Shown: positions 1 through 13,114 of the stretch, piece after piece | Position numbering within the stretch: the stretch's first letter is position 1 | Layout: each line of letters opens with the position of its first letter | Position numbers and translations under genes: made by a program | The notes under the pieces: generated by a model | Told to the model about the DNA's origin: nothing | Database searches by the model: none | What the model saw: the letters and a program-made list of their open reading frames with translations, nothing else | Assembly: GCA_964016885.1 (NCBI GenBank) | Contig: OZ024741.1 | Location: 143,778,001 to 143,842,000, forward strand | DNA from: Eledone cirrhosa | Lineage: Eukaryota | Reading direction: 5' to 3' | DNA length: 64,000 nucleotides

Positions 1-638
1 TTTTGTTTTTTGTTTTTTGTTTTGAAAGTGTTCGTTGTAAGAAACGAGAAACATATATATATATATCGTGAAATGCGACAGTTAGTTGATGCGTGAGAGA
101 AAAAGTCTGTCTGCACGAAAGTTTCACATGTGCGTGGTGTGTTCGTTTCTTTGACTGAGTATTTTCATAGTTTGTCAATAAATTTGCTGTGTATTCGTAA
201 TGTTACTCACACAACACCAGATTCTGCTATTTTTTTCTTTTTTCGGAGTGACCACTTATAACAATGAACGGCTGCGTGTTCGTATCACGTCAGGGTTACC
301 AATGTAGCGGAGAACTAGTGTGTATCAAATGTACAGGGAGACATGGTTTGTGTGTATAATATTTAATCAACAATTTAACAGTATAGTTGACATGTCAATG
401 AATAAACGAAAGAATGAAGCAAAGTTAGTAGTTACCGTTTTGATTGCCAGGCAAACGCAGGCTGGCAGAAGACGCCTGGCGAAGGCCAGGCGCCGGAAGG
501 GCAAATGAGAGAGTGAGAACTTAAAGTTGTTAGTTTTATAGGGTTCTGACCGGAAGTTACAGAAAGGGTTCTACTTCCCGTCTAGATGTTGTTAATCTAT
601 TGGGGTTGTGAGTCACAACAAGGGAGGCAACTGCTACA
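1..638 (-). mobile_element. Gypsy-type non-coding LTR element: 5' LTR (303-638), tRNA-Trp PBS and leader, running off the window edge
   Basis: LTR bounded by TGTAGC...GCTACA with an internal CTATAAAA. PBS TGGTAACCCTGACGTGAT follows directly. Homologous, inverted, to 51765-52560. Confidence 0.85.
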
Positions 639-653
639 AACACTTTACCAAAT

Positions 654-812
654 AATTGTTTCTTCTTTTGGCACAAGACCAGCAATTACCCAGTGCATTA
701 CTGGTACTTTATTTTATCGACCCCGTAAGAATGAAAGGCAAAGTTAACCTCGGCGGGATTTGAACTCAGAATTGCAAGGGCCGTAACTCTATGCGTCAAA
801 GCATGGTGTCCG
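654..812 (-). mobile_element. tRNA-derived SINE, 5'-truncated copy
   Basis: B-box GAGTTCAAATCC, central GCCTTTCAT..GGGGTCGATAAAATAAAGTACCAG, tail GGTCTTGTGCCAAAAGAAGAAAC; many copies in the window. Confidence 0.9.
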
Positions 813-886
813 CAAATAACGAAATAAAAAAAAACCCATACGATATTTACTACACACAGACACATGTAGTGAATATCGTATATAAT

Positions 887-1087
887 AATTTCTACTATAG
901 GCACAAGGCCAGCAATTTGAAGGCGAGGGAAGTGTCGATTAAATCGACTCCAGTGCATTACTAGTGCTTTATTTTACCGATCCCGTAAGGATGAAAGGCA
1001 AAGTTAACCACAGCGTGATTTGAACTCAGAAGTAAAGGGCCGTAACTCTATGCTGCTAGCATGTCTGACGCTCTACCGATTCTGCTA
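887..1087 (-). mobile_element. tRNA-derived SINE, longer variant with an extra ~30-bp segment
   Basis: Same head, core and tail as the other copies, plus GAAGGCGAGGGAAGTGTCGATTAAATCGAC. Confidence 0.85.
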
Positions 1088-1872
1088 GAAATCAATGCAT
1101 CATTTCATTGATTAATTGGTTAAATATATTTCAGTCGTATCGTGTAATAGATATTACCAGCTGTTGTGCAATCGTTCAACAGAGGATGTTGAATTTTCGT
1201 TCCGATTTGTACATATTTTTGAGATATGTATTAATATATTCAAATTGAAATTGAAAACGAAATGTAGTAATGGTTAATTGCTTAGAAGTGATATACAATG
1301 AAACTCCGTAAATCTAGTTGTTTTTTTAAAATAATTTTTATTTGAAACTCATGTCATGTTAATTTTTAATGATCAGCAAGAGTTGGAAGAGCTTGTGAAG
1401 GTTTGGTCAAATTCAGAATGAATGGTGTAACGCAAACGGAGATGAGTAATATTGGTGTAGCAGATAATTAGAATTGGGAGTTAGTATGTCTTTTGGGAAG
1501 AACACATGGAATGGTATAACCCATTTGTAAAAAAGATTTATATTTTTTTTAAATTGAAGAAAAGAAATAATTTATTTCAAAAGCTCATCTCTCCCTCACA
1601 CCACTGCCACCAACAACATTAGGTGATATTTGCCCTACTGACAAATGGCAAGAGAGTCGTAGGTCATGTGAGAAGAACATGTGGAATGGTAAAATATATT
1701 TGTAAAAAAAAGACTTATATAAAAACATAGAAGAAAAGAAATAAAGCGATGAAAAACATCTCCTCCCTCCCACTGTTACCAAGAAAACTTAGTGATATAT
1801 GACTATTCTATTGACAAGTGATAAGAAGGGCATATACCCCATTGACATGAGTAGTGTGGTTATGCATCAAGT

Positions 1873-2039
1873 TTACCACCAATTTATAGAGAATATCTGC
1901 TTGATATCAACTTTGAGATCAATTAACTTATCTTCAATTTCATTGCACATTTCAACTGGTAAAGAGAGAAACACTCTACATTTGCTTTCATCAACCATTT
2001 TAAGCGCGTCTTTCAAAGCTTCGCTGTTGATTCGAAAAT
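1873..2039 (-). CDS. OXNAD1: OXNAD1-like terminal coding exon E (FRINSEALK...RVFLSLPVEMCNEIEDKL...QIFSINWW-stop)
   Basis: tacAG acceptor in phase 1; ends in WW-stop like OXNAD1 (FEKWW). Confidence 0.8.
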
Positions 2040-2435
2040 CTGTATAGGGGAGACAGAAACAAAGCAAATAAAGGAGGAGTTAGAATTGAAAACAATAGAA
2101 AATCAGAAGCACACACTCACACATATATATAATATCATCATCATCATCATCACCGTTTTACGTCCGTTCTTCCACGCTAGCATGGGTTAGACGGGTTGTC
2201 CTGTTGTGGGCAGTGTCTGGTCGGCTGACCATGCCTTGCTCATACAGGAACTGATCTGGCTTGATTTCTACAGCTGGATGCCCTTCCTAACACCAACCTC
2301 ATTTACAGTGAGTGCTGGGTGCTTTTTCGTGGCGCCTACACGTCCACTTTACAGTGTGGGCTGGGTGCTTTTTTGCCGTGGCACCTCCACGACCACCTTG
2401 CGGTGGGGGGGGGGGGGGCATATTGTTTATATGCT

Positions 2436-5400
2436 TCAGCATGTACCCATGGGAGGTCGGGTACCCTGTATTACTGCGTGACGCCAGAAGTCACGGTCGT
2501 GTGTCATTGACTTTGAGAGGTGTAGTTGGGTAAGGTCGGCTTTTATCACCTCATCCCAAGTCATCTTGGGTCTCCCCACTCCGCGGTTTCCATCAACTTC
2601 TAGTGCTCTGCACCTTTTTATGCAGCTGTCATCCTTCATACGCATCACATGTCCATACCAGCGTAACCGCCTCTCCTGCACGCAGCATTTGATTCCTCTT
2701 ATGCTCAGTCTCTCTCTCAATTCATTTATGCTTTGTCGTTCACGTATATTACTGTTACACATCCATCGGAGCATGCAGGCTTCGTTTCTCTCTAATCTAC
2801 GTAGGTCTTCCACCTTCAGCGCCCAGGTCTCACTACCATGCAACATCGCTGTTCGGATACACGCATCATACAGTCTGCCTTTCATTCTGAGGGAGAAGCC
2901 TTTTGCAGCTAGCAGTGGTAGTAGTTCCCTAAACTTCTTCCATCCCGTTCTTACCCTAGTTATTGTACTTTCTGAGCACCCACCTCCGCTGCTAATTCGG
3001 TCACCTAGGTAGCAGAAGCTGTCTACTGTTTCTACAGGGCCCTCCCAGAGATTGGTGGTACTTGTTTCCTGTGGCTGTTTGCTTGCTGTTTCAGCACAGC
3101 TGCTGCATGTGAATCCTACATTCTTAATTAAGCTTCCTGAGATCCCGCTACATCTCTTGTGTACCCATTGTTTGCATTTGGGGCAAAGAATGGAGTTCCT
3201 ACCTACACCTTTCCTACATACTGAGCAAGGCCATTTCCCTGAGGGGATCTGGGTTCTGTTTTCTCGTCTACTTATAAGGACCTTAGTCTTTGTCATGTTG
3301 ACTTTGAGGCCCTTTCTCTCTAGTCCCTGCTTCCAGGTTTGGAATTTATTCTCTAGTTCTACCATAGATTCAGCTATGAGTGCGAGGTCATCAGCATACA
3401 GGAGTTCCCATGGGCATCCGGTCTTAAACTCCTCCGTTATTGCCTGCAGGACTATGATGAACAGGAGAGGGCTAAGAACAGAGCCCTGGTGGACCCCAAC
3501 CTGTACGCTAAATTCCTCGCTATACTCATTGCCAATCCTAACTTTGCTGACTGCTCCCCTATACATGGCTTGTACCGCTTTCACAAGCCATTCATCTACT
3601 CCTAGTTTTCTAAGAGCCCACCAGATTACTGCACGTGGAACTCTGTCAAAGGCTTTCTCAAGGTCGACAAATGCCAAGTAGAGTGGCTTACTTTTAGCTA
3701 GGTACTTTTCCTGTAATTGCCTCACAAGGAAGAGCGCATCAGTGGTGCCTTTCCCTGGAACAAACCCAAATTGCATCTCGTCTATATTCACCCGGTCCCT
3801 AATCAGCTGTGCTATAACTCTTTCTGTTACTTTCATGACCTGGTCCATCAACTTTATACCTCTATAGTTTCCTCTATCTAGTGCATCGCCTTTACCTTTG
3901 TAGCAGTTGACAATGATGCTACTGCACCAATCTTTTGGTATGGCCCCCTCTAGTATTACCTGGTTAACGATACGTGTGGTTATAGTGTGACCTACAGACC
4001 CAGATGCCTTCAGCATCTCGGCAGCTATACCCGATGGACCGGTTGCCTTCCCTATCTTCATATCTCTGATTGCCTTACTTACTACGCTGCCGCTGACTTG
4101 TACTGCTGGTCCCTCTATAGGGTCTACGTGGGGTAGGGTCTCTTCTTCCCATGCATTCTCCTCATTTAGTAATCTATCATAATGACTCTTCCATGCATCT
4201 TTCTTCTCAGCACTTGTGAGGGCAAGCTCACCTTTATCATTCCGGATACACTTCTCTCCAATGACATCACAACTATCTCTGACACACTGCCTCGCAATCT
4301 TGAATACCTCCTGTTTCTGGTCCTCACGTTGTAAAACATGCTTGAATTTTCTATCCTCTGCTTCCCTCCTAGCTAAGTATACTTGTCGCCTAGCTTCCCT
4401 CTTGGTCTCTATGTAATGTACCCTGCTCCCCCCGTTCTTCCATTCTTTCCATGCCTGTCTCTTGGCCTTGACTGCTTCATCTACCTTATTGTTCCACCAC
4501 CAAGTCACTCTCCTCCTGCTTGAAGTCTTACTCCAGCCACAAACCTCATCCGTCGCCTCTAGTAAGTTATTTTTTAGGAACTCCCAGTTCTCTTCTACGT
4601 TAAATGTCTCTATCTGTTCTTCTTTACTGTCGTAGGCGTTGAGTAAAATATCTTTAAATCTGTTACTGGTTGAGGGGACTTTCAGCTTCCAGATCTTTCT
4701 TCTCCAGGTTGGCCTCTGTTTCAGGGCTCGTCTAGTTCTGACCGTGAGGTCGCTGACAACTAAGCTATGTTGGGATATACATTCCTCACTAGGGAAGGCT
4801 TTTGTGTTTACGACCGTCCATCTGTCACGTCCTCTGATGAGGATAAAATCTAACTGACTAGAGTGCTCCCCTGATCTATAGGTGATCAGGTGGTTGTCGG
4901 GTTTTTTAAAGTTTGTGTTACATATCGACATGTCATTGGCGTCGCAGAATTCTAGAAGTCTGAATCCTTCCTCATTCCTTGTGCCAACTCCATGGCCTCC
5001 ATGTACTCTATTGAAGCCGTCGCAGTGTTTACCTACGTGTCCGTTAAAATCTCCTGCAATGATTAGGAAGTCCTTGTCGTCTGTTAGAGCAGTAGTGTGT
5101 ATTAGGGACTCGTAAAACCTATCCTTAAGTTCGTCTGGCAGCCCCGATTGGGGTGCGTAAGCTGATATTATTGTGGTAATTGTCTTATTCAGGACTAGTC
5201 TGAGTTTAATGATTCTTGCATTTACCCTGTACACTGAGATTACTTTATCTACCCACTTGCCAGCTAATAGTATACCTACACCACCCATCCCATCGTCATT
5301 TCCCACCCAGAAAAATTTGTAGCACTGGCTTTTTCCTACAAGGACTCTAGCAGACCCTCCTCTCCATCTAGTCTCTTGCACACAGCATACATCAACTTCC

Positions 5401-5555
5401 TTTCGCTCTAGCATTTCTACGATTTCTCCTGCTCTTCCTTTCATTGAGCCTACATTGATGGTACCAACTCGGAGTTTTGGGCATTTGTCGACACTCGTAG
5501 GGGAGGGTCTCTGGGTTGGCGCTTCACGTGGGTGCTTGGTAGCTCGCAGATTCAT
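2436..5555 (-). CDS. RTE ORF: APE endonuclease, reverse transcriptase and a PHD-type C4HC3 finger
   Basis: Endonuclease motifs CVQETRW, SAYAPQ, GDFNGH, LDFIL, SQH; RT motifs FVDLEKAFD, GVHQGSVLSP, LYADD; CxxC-CxxC-HxxC-CxxC at ~3096-3228; HGSETW and RLRWYGHV. No stops. Confidence 0.97.
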   Translation of the reverse strand: MNLRATKHPREAPTQRPSPTSVDKCPKLRVGTINVGSMKGRAGEIVEMLERKEVDVCCVQETRWRGGSARVLVGKSQCYKFFWVGNDDGMGGVGILLAGKWVDKVISVYRVNARIIKLRLVLNKTITTIISAYAPQSGLPDELKDRFYESLIHTTALTDDKDFLIIAGDFNGHVGKHCDGFNRVHGGHGVGTRNEEGFRLLEFCDANDMSICNTNFKKPDNHLITYRSGEHSSQLDFILIRGRDRWTVVNTKAFPSEECISQHSLVVSDLTVRTRRALKQRPTWRRKIWKLKVPSTSNRFKDILLNAYDSKEEQIETFNVEENWEFLKNNLLEATDEVCGWSKTSSRRRVTWWWNNKVDEAVKAKRQAWKEWKNGGSRVHYIETKREARRQVYLARREAEDRKFKHVLQREDQKQEVFKIARQCVRDSCDVIGEKCIRNDKGELALTSAEKKDAWKSHYDRLLNEENAWEEETLPHVDPIEGPAVQVSGSVVSKAIRDMKIGKATGPSGIAAEMLKASGSVGHTITTRIVNQVILEGAIPKDWCSSIIVNCYKGKGDALDRGNYRGIKLMDQVMKVTERVIAQLIRDRVNIDEMQFGFVPGKGTTDALFLVRQLQEKYLAKSKPLYLAFVDLEKAFDRVPRAVIWWALRKLGVDEWLVKAVQAMYRGAVSKVRIGNEYSEEFSVQVGVHQGSVLSPLLFIIVLQAITEEFKTGCPWELLYADDLALIAESMVELENKFQTWKQGLERKGLKVNMTKTKVLISRRENRTQIPSGKWPCSVCRKGVGRNSILCPKCKQWVHKRCSGISGSLIKNVGFTCSSCAETASKQPQETSTTNLWEGPVETVDSFCYLGDRISSGGGCSESTITRVRTGWKKFRELLPLLAAKGFSLRMKGRLYDACIRTAMLHGSETWALKVEDLRRLERNEACMLRWMCNSNIRERQSINELRERLSIRGIKCCVQERRLRWYGHVMRMKDDSCIKRCRALEVDGNRGVGRPKMTWDEVIKADLTQLHLSKSMTHDRDFWRHAVIQGTRPPMGTC

Positions 5556-5804
5556 ATTTCATCTATTGATTCAGAGTTGCTCGTGTATTCCCAGCTCATC
5601 CATCCATAACGGTGGGAAAATTGAGGGCTAGAAGGACAGTGGTGGTGGGGTAATGGCAGGGTGTGTTGGGATGCGCCAGAGGAGGAGAGAGTTAGTTAGG
5701 CAGGTAGTAGCAGCAGCAGCAGTGGAAATGGCATGCTAGGTTTGATTGGTCGAATAGACTATGGTGGTGTGTGGGGGTGGGGGGGAGGGGGAGGGAAATT
5801 GTGA

Positions 5805-8800
5805 GGTAGGAACTGAGGGTCGCATGGTAAATATCCAAGTTAATACTACATCAGTAAAATTAACAATAATAACGTCATGAAAAAAGCTACTAAGAGAAAC
5901 CCTCGAAAATTTATCGCTAATACAGCAGGGAAAATTTAACGCTAATACAGCAGGGAACATCATAATATTAACGACATGAAAAAGCTACTAAGAGAAACCC
6001 TCGAAAATTTATCGCTAATACAGCAGGGAAAATTTAACGCTAATACAGCAGGGAACATCATAATATTAACGACAATATGTAGGCTAAAATACCTTCGTAG
6101 ATTAGGTGGATGGCTGGCTGGGAAAATTTGAAACAGCTCTACTGGTACATTTTAGCAGAGAAGAATGGCAAAGTGTCTTATCTCTTCAATATTTTCAGAT
6201 TGAATGAATTAGGTTAAAGACAGGGTAGTAAGCCTTAAAGAAGTGCATAGAGGGGGGGGGGGTAGGAACTGAGGGTCGCATGGTAAATAACTGAGAGAGA
6301 TACAATAGGATTAGAATACCGCATGGTAAATATCCAAGTTAATAAGTTAATACTACATCAGTAAAATTAACAATAATAACGTCATGAAAAAAGCTACTAA
6401 GAGAAACCCTCGAAAATTTATCGCTAATACAGCAGGGAAAATTTAACGCTAATACAGCAGGGAACATCATAATATTAACGACATGAAAAAGCTACTAAGA
6501 GAAACCCTCGAAAATTTATCGCTAATACAGCAGGGAAAATTTAACGCTAATACAGCAGGGAACATCATAATATTAACGACAATATGTAGGCTAAAATACC
6601 TTCGTAGATTAGGTGGATGGCTGGCTGGGAAAATTTGAAACAGCTCTACTGGTACATTTTAGCAGAGAAGAATGGCAAAGTGTCTTATCTCTTCAATATT
6701 TTCAGATTGAATGAATTAGGTTAAAGACAGGGTAGTAAGCCTTAAAGAAGTGCATAGAGGGGGGGGGGGGGGTAGGAACTGAGGGTCGCATGGTAAATAA
6801 CTGAGAGAGATACAATAGGATTAGAATACCGCATGGTAAATATCCAAGTTAATAAGTTAATACTACATCAGTAAAATTAACAATAATAACGTCATGAAAA
6901 AAGCTACTAAGAGAAACCCTCGAAAATTTATCGCTAATACAGCAGGGAAAATTTAACGCTAATACAGCAGGGAACATCATAATATTAACGACATGAAAAA
7001 GCTACTAAGAGAAACCCTCGAAAATTTATCGCTAATACAGCAGGGAAAATTTAACGCTAATACAGCAGGGAACATCATAATATTAACGACAATATGTAGG
7101 CTAAAATACCTTCGTAGATTAGGTGGATGGCTGGCTGGGAAAATTTGAAACAGCTCTACTGGTACATTTTAGCAGAGAAGAATGGCAAAGTGTCTTATCT
7201 CTTCAATATTTTCAGATTGAATGAATTAGGTTAAAGACAGGGTAGTAAGCCTTAAAGAAGTGCATAGAGGGGGGGGGGTAGGAACTGAGGGTCGCATGGT
7301 AAATAACTGAGAGAGATACAATAGGATTAGAATACCGCATGGTAAATATCCAAGTTAATAAGTTAATACTACATCAGTAAAATTAACAATAATAACGTCA
7401 TGAAAAAAGCTACTAAGAGAAACCCTCGAAAATTTATCGCTAATACAGCAGGGAAAATTTAACGCTAATACAGCAGGGAACATCATAATATTAACGACAT
7501 GAAAAAGCTACTAAGAGAAACCCTCGAAAATTTATCGCTAATACAGCAGGGAAAATTTAACGCTAATACAGCAGGGAACATCATAATATTAACGACAATA
7601 TGTAGGCTAAAATACCTTCGTAGATTAGGTGGATGGCTGGCTGGGAAAATTTGAAACAGCTCTACTGGTACATTTTAGCAGAGAAGAATGGCAAAGTGTC
7701 TTATCTCTTCAATATTTTCAGATTGAATGAATTAGGTTAAAGACAGGGTAGTAAGCCTTAAAGAAGTGCATAGAGGGGGGGGGGGTAGGAACTGAGGGTC
7801 GCATGGTAAATAACTGAGAGAGATACAATAGGATTAGAATACCGCATGGTAAATATCCAAGTTAATAAGTTAATACTACATCAGTAAAATTAACAATAAT
7901 AACGTCATGAAAAAAGCTACTAAGAGAAACCCTCGAAAATTTATCGCTAATACAGCAGGGAAAATTTAACGCTAATACAGCAGGGAACATCATAATATTA
8001 ACGACATGAAAAAGCTACTAAGAGAAACCCTCGAAAATTTATCGCTAATACAGCAGGGAAAATTTAAAGCTAATACAGCAGGGAACATCATAATATTAAC
8101 GACAATATGTAGGCTAAAATACCTTCGTAGATTAGGTGGATGGCTGGCTGGGAAAATTTGAAACAGCTCTACTGGTACATTTTAGCAGAGAAGAATGGCA
8201 AAGTGTCTTATCTCTTCAATATTTTCAGATTGAATGAATTAGGTTAAAGACAGGGTAGTAAGCCTTAAAGAAGTGCATAGAGGGGGGGGGGGGGGGGTAG
8301 GAACTGAGGGTCGCATGGTAAATAACTGAGAGAGATACAATAGGATTAGAATACCGCATGGTAAATATCCAAGTTAATAAGTTAATACTACATCAGTAAA
8401 ATTAACAATAATAACGTCATGAAAAAAGCTACTAAGAGAAACCCTCGAAAATTTATCGCTAATACAGCAGGGAAAATTTAACGCTAATACAGCAGGGAAC
8501 ATCATAATATTAACGACATGAAAAAGCTACTAAGAGAAACCCTCGAAAATTTATCGCTAATACAGCAGGGAAAATTTAACGCTAATACAGCAGGGAACAT
8601 CATAATATTAACGACAATATGTAGGCTAAAATACCTTCGTAGATTAGGTGGATGGCTGGCTGGGAAAATTTGAAACAGCTCTACTGGTACATTTTAGCAG
8701 AGAAGAATGGCAAAGTGTCTTATCTCTTCAATATTTTCAGATTGAATGAATTAGGTTAAAGACAGGGTAGTAAGCCTTAAAGAAGTGCATAGAGGGGGGG

Positions 8801-11800
8801 GGGTAGGAACTGAGGGTCGCATGGTAAATAACTGAGAGAGATACAATAGGATTAGAATACCGCATGGTAAATATCCAAGTTAATAAGTTAATACTACATC
8901 AGTAAAATTAACAATAATAACGTCATGAAAAAAGCTACTAAGAGAAACCCTCGAAAATTTATCGCTAATACAGCAGGGAAAATTTAACGCTAATACAGCA
9001 GGGAACATCATAATATTAACGACATGAAAAAGCTACTAAGAGAAACCCTCGAAAATTTATCGCTAATACAGCAGGGAAAATTTAACGCTAATACAGCAGG
9101 GAACATCATAATATTAACGACAATATGTAGGCTAAAATACCTTCGTAGATTAGGTGGATGGCTGGCTGGGAAAATTTGAAACAGCTCTACTGGTACATTT
9201 TAGCAGAGAAGAATGGCAAAGTGTCTTATCTCTTCAATATTTTCAGATTGAATGAATTAGGTTAAAGACAGGGTAGTAAGCCTTAAAGAAGTGCATAGAG
9301 GGGGGGGGGGGGTAGGAACTGAGGGTCGCATGGTAAATAACTGAGAGAGATACAATAGGATTAGAATACCGCATGGTAAATATCCAAGTTAATAAGTTAA
9401 TACTACATCAGTAAAATTAACAATAATAACGTCATGAAAAAAGCTACTAAGAGAAACCCTCGAAAATTTATCGCTAATACAGCAGGGAAAATTTAACGCT
9501 AATACAGCAGGGAACATCATAATATTAACGACATGAAAAAGCTACTAAGAGAAACCCTCGAAAATTTATCGCTAATACAGCAGGGAAAATTTAACGCTAA
9601 TACAGCAGGGAACATCATAATATTAACGACAATATGTAGGCTAAAATACCTTCGTAGATTAGGTGGATGGCTGGCTGGGAAAATTTGAAACAGCTCTACT
9701 GGTACATTTTAGCAGAGAAGAATGGCAAAGTGTCTTATCTCTTCAATATTTTCAGATTGAATGAATTAGGTTAAAGACAGGGTAGTAAGCCTTAAAGAAG
9801 TGCATAGAGGGGGGGGGGGGGGTAGGAACTGAGGGTCGCATGGTAAATAACTGAGAGAGATACAATAGGATTAGAATACCGCATGGTAAATATCCAAGTT
9901 AATAAGTTAATACTACATCAGTAAAATTAACAATAATAACGTCATGAAAAAAGCTACTAAGAGAAACCCTCGAAAATTTATCGCTAATACAGCAGGGAAA
10001 ATTTAACGCTAATACAGCAGGGAACATCATAATATTAACGACATGAAAAAGCTACTAAGAGAAACCCTCGAAAATTTATCGCTAATACAGCAGGGAAAAT
10101 TTAACGCTAATACAGCAGGGAACATCATAATATTAACGACATGAAAAAGCTACTAAGAGAAACCCTCGAAAATTTATCGCTAATACAGCAGGGAAAATTT
10201 AACGCTAATACAGCAGGGAACATCATAATATTAACGACAATATGTAGGCTAAAATACCTTCGTAGATTAGGTGGATGGCTGGCTGGGAAAATTTGAAACA
10301 GCTCTACTGGTACATTTTAGCAGAGAAGAATGGCAAAGTGTCTTATCTCTTCAATATTTTCAGATTGAATGAATTAGGTTAAAGACAGGGTAGTAAGCCT
10401 TAAAGAAGTGCATAGAGGGGGGGGGGGGGGTAGGAACTGAGGGTCGCATGGTAAATAACTGAGAGAGATACAATAGGATTAGAATACCGCATGGTAAATA
10501 TCCAAGTTAATAAGTTAATACTACATCAGTAAAATTAACAATAATAACGTCATGAAAAAAGCTACTAAGAGAAACCCTCGAAAATTTATCGCTAATACAG
10601 CAGGGAAAATTTAACGCTAATACAGCAGGGAACATCATAATATTAACGACATGAAAAAGCTACTAAGAGAAACCCTCGAAAATTTATCGCTAATACAGCA
10701 GGGAAAATTTAACGCTAATACAGCAGGGAACATCATAATATTAACGACAATATGTAGGCTAAAATACCTTCGTAGATTAGGTGGATGGCTGGCTGGGAAA
10801 ATTTGAAACAGCTCTACTGGTACATTTTAGCAGAGAAGAATGGCAAAGTGTCTTATCTCTTCAATATTTTCAGATTGAATGAATTAGGTTAAAGACAGGG
10901 TAGTAAGCCTTAAAGAAGTGCATAGAGGGGGGGGGTAGGAACTGAGGGTCGCATGGTAAATAACTGAGAGAGATACAATAGGATTAGAATACCGCATGGT
11001 AAATATCCAAGTTAATAAGTTAATACTACATCAGTAAAATTAACAATAATAACGTCATGAAAAAAGCTACTAAGAGAAACCCTCGAAAATTTATCGCTAA
11101 TACAGCAGGGAAAATTTAACGCTAATACAGCAGGGAACATCATAATATTAACGACATGAAAAAGCTACTAAGAGAAACCCTCGAAAATTTATCGCTAATA
11201 CAGCAGGGAAAATTTAACGCTAATACAGCAGGGAACATCATAATATTAACGACATGAAAAAGCTACTAAGAGAAACCCTCGAAAATTTATCGCTAATACA
11301 GCAGGGAAAATTTAACGCTAATACAGCAGGGAACATCATAATATTAACGACAATATGTAGGCTAAAATACCTTCGTAGATTAGGTGGATGGCTGGCTGGG
11401 AAAATTTGAAACAGCTCTACTGGTACATTTTAGCAGAGAAGAATGGCAAAGTGTCTTATCTCTTCAATATTTTCAGATTGAATGAATTAGGTTAAAGACA
11501 GGGTAGTAAGCCTTAAAGAAGTGCATAGAGGGGGGGGGGGGTAGGAACTGAGGGTCGCATGGTAAATAACTGAGAGAGATACAATAGGATTAGAATACCG
11601 CATGGTAAATATCCAAGTTAATAAGTTAATACTACATCAGTAAAATTAACAATAATAACGTCATGAAAAAAGCTACTAAGAGAAACCCTCGAAAATTTAT
11701 CGCTAATACAGCAGGGAAAATTTAACGCTAATACAGCAGGGAACATCATAATATTAACGACATGAAAAAGCTACTAAGAGAAACCCTCGAAAATTTATCG

Positions 11801-12408
11801 CTAATACAGCAGGGAAAATTTAACGCTAATACAGCAGGGAACATCATAATATTAACGACATGAAAAAGCTACTAAGAGAAACCCTCGAAAATTTATCGCT
11901 AATACAGCAGGGAAAATTTAACGCTAATACAGCAGGGAACATCATAATATTAACGACAATATGTAGGCTAAAATACCTTCGTAGATTAGGTGGATGGCTG
12001 GCTGGGAAAATTTGAAACAGCTCTACTGGTACATTTTAGCAGAGAAGAATGGCAAAGTGTCTTATCTCTTCAATATTTTCAGATTGAATGAATTAGGTTA
12101 AAGACAGGGTAGTAAGCCTTAAAGAAGTGCATAGAGGGGGGGGGGGGGTAGGAACTGAGGGTCGCATGGTAAATATCCAAGTTAATACTACATCAGTAAA
12201 ATTAACAATAATAACGTCATGAAAAAAGCTACTAAGAGAAACCCTCGAAAATTTATCGCTAATACAGCAGGGAAAATTTAACGCTAATACAGCAGGGAAC
12301 ATCATAATATTAACGACATGAAAAAGCTACTAAGAGAAACCCTCGAAAATTTATCGCTAATACAGCAGGGAAAATTTAACGCTAATACAGCAGGGAACAT
12401 CATAATAT
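5805..12408. repeat. Higher-order tandem array of ~13 units of ~510 bp (three of ~605 bp)
   Basis: The marker GTGCATAGA(G)n occurs 12 times (6243 to 12127). Each unit has 2 or 3 copies of a ~98-bp subunit, which itself holds two CGCTAATACAGCAGGGAA copies. Confidence 0.98.
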
Positions 12409-12419
12409 ATATGTGTGTC

Positions 12420-12780
12420 TGTGTGTGTTTATGTATTTGTTTTGCATGATTCTTGATGGGAAATCGTGTGTTGAAACCGATATTGTTATATATGTGGATG
12501 GTCATATTGCTAGGATTGCCAATAAAAAGAAACCTACGCACCATATGATTTTTACTTTTTTATTTTATCTTTATTATTAGTTATTTGTTTTTTTGTCAAA
12601 GTTCTTTTGCCTCACATTCTGTGACATCATCAATGACTATCTGTTACTTCATCTTCTCTTTTCAAAGACTAAAATAGAGTTACAGATTGAAACCAGAAAG
12701 AAGAGGGTGCACAAAATAGGAGAGATAGTCATTGAGGGGGTCACAGAATGTGTGGCGAAACAACTTCGACAAACTAAAGA
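12420..12780. mobile_element. Decayed Penelope-like terminal-repeat fragments, including an inverted pair of degenerate hammerheads
   Basis: 12440-12545 is the reverse complement of 15440-15540. 12593-12665 and 12700-12775 are inverted arms resembling the 15281 hammerhead. Confidence 0.6.
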
Positions 12781-12814
12781 ATGAACTGGTATTAAAGATA
12801 AAGTGATCTATCTA

Positions 12815-12849
<35 letters not shown>

Positions 12850-13114
12850 GTGTGTGTGTGTGGGGGGGGGGGATGTTTGACGCATCATTAAACAAAAAAG
12901 TTCTCTAAACAATCTAAAAGGAGCAGATAATTTATCATAGGAGCAGCTTATACCACAGGATCAATTTCTGGTGGGATGATATCAAAAGGGGGTAACAGCA
13001 AATAATTGGATGTTTTAATATAAATATGAACACTTTAAAGGGACCTTTTTTTATATCATAGAACCAGAAGCGGTTTTAGGTGGGTTGGTATTAAAAGGGT
13101 TAAGAGATACATAC

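Larger units (their letters stand above)
2134..12408 (-). mobile_element. Full-length RTE-clade LINE with (GAT)n tail, intact ORF and a tandem-array 5' region
   Basis: (ATC)n tail at 2134-2152, 3' UTR, 1039-aa ORF, 5' leader continuous with the array. Whether the whole array belongs to the element is inferred; no clear TSD. Confidence 0.85.

Noticed and set aside
1500-1800. ~170-bp diverged direct duplication downstream of the stop codon
   Set aside because: An ordinary local duplication in the presumptive 3' UTR with no further signal.
2566-5115. Plus-strand ORFs overlapping the RTE
   Set aside because: Antisense shadows of the RTE ORF with no motifs.
5805-12408. CRISPR-like appearance and repeated short ORFs (MMFPAVLAL...)
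   Set aside because: No unique spacers, no cas genes, eukaryotic context; the ORFs are by-products of the repeat.
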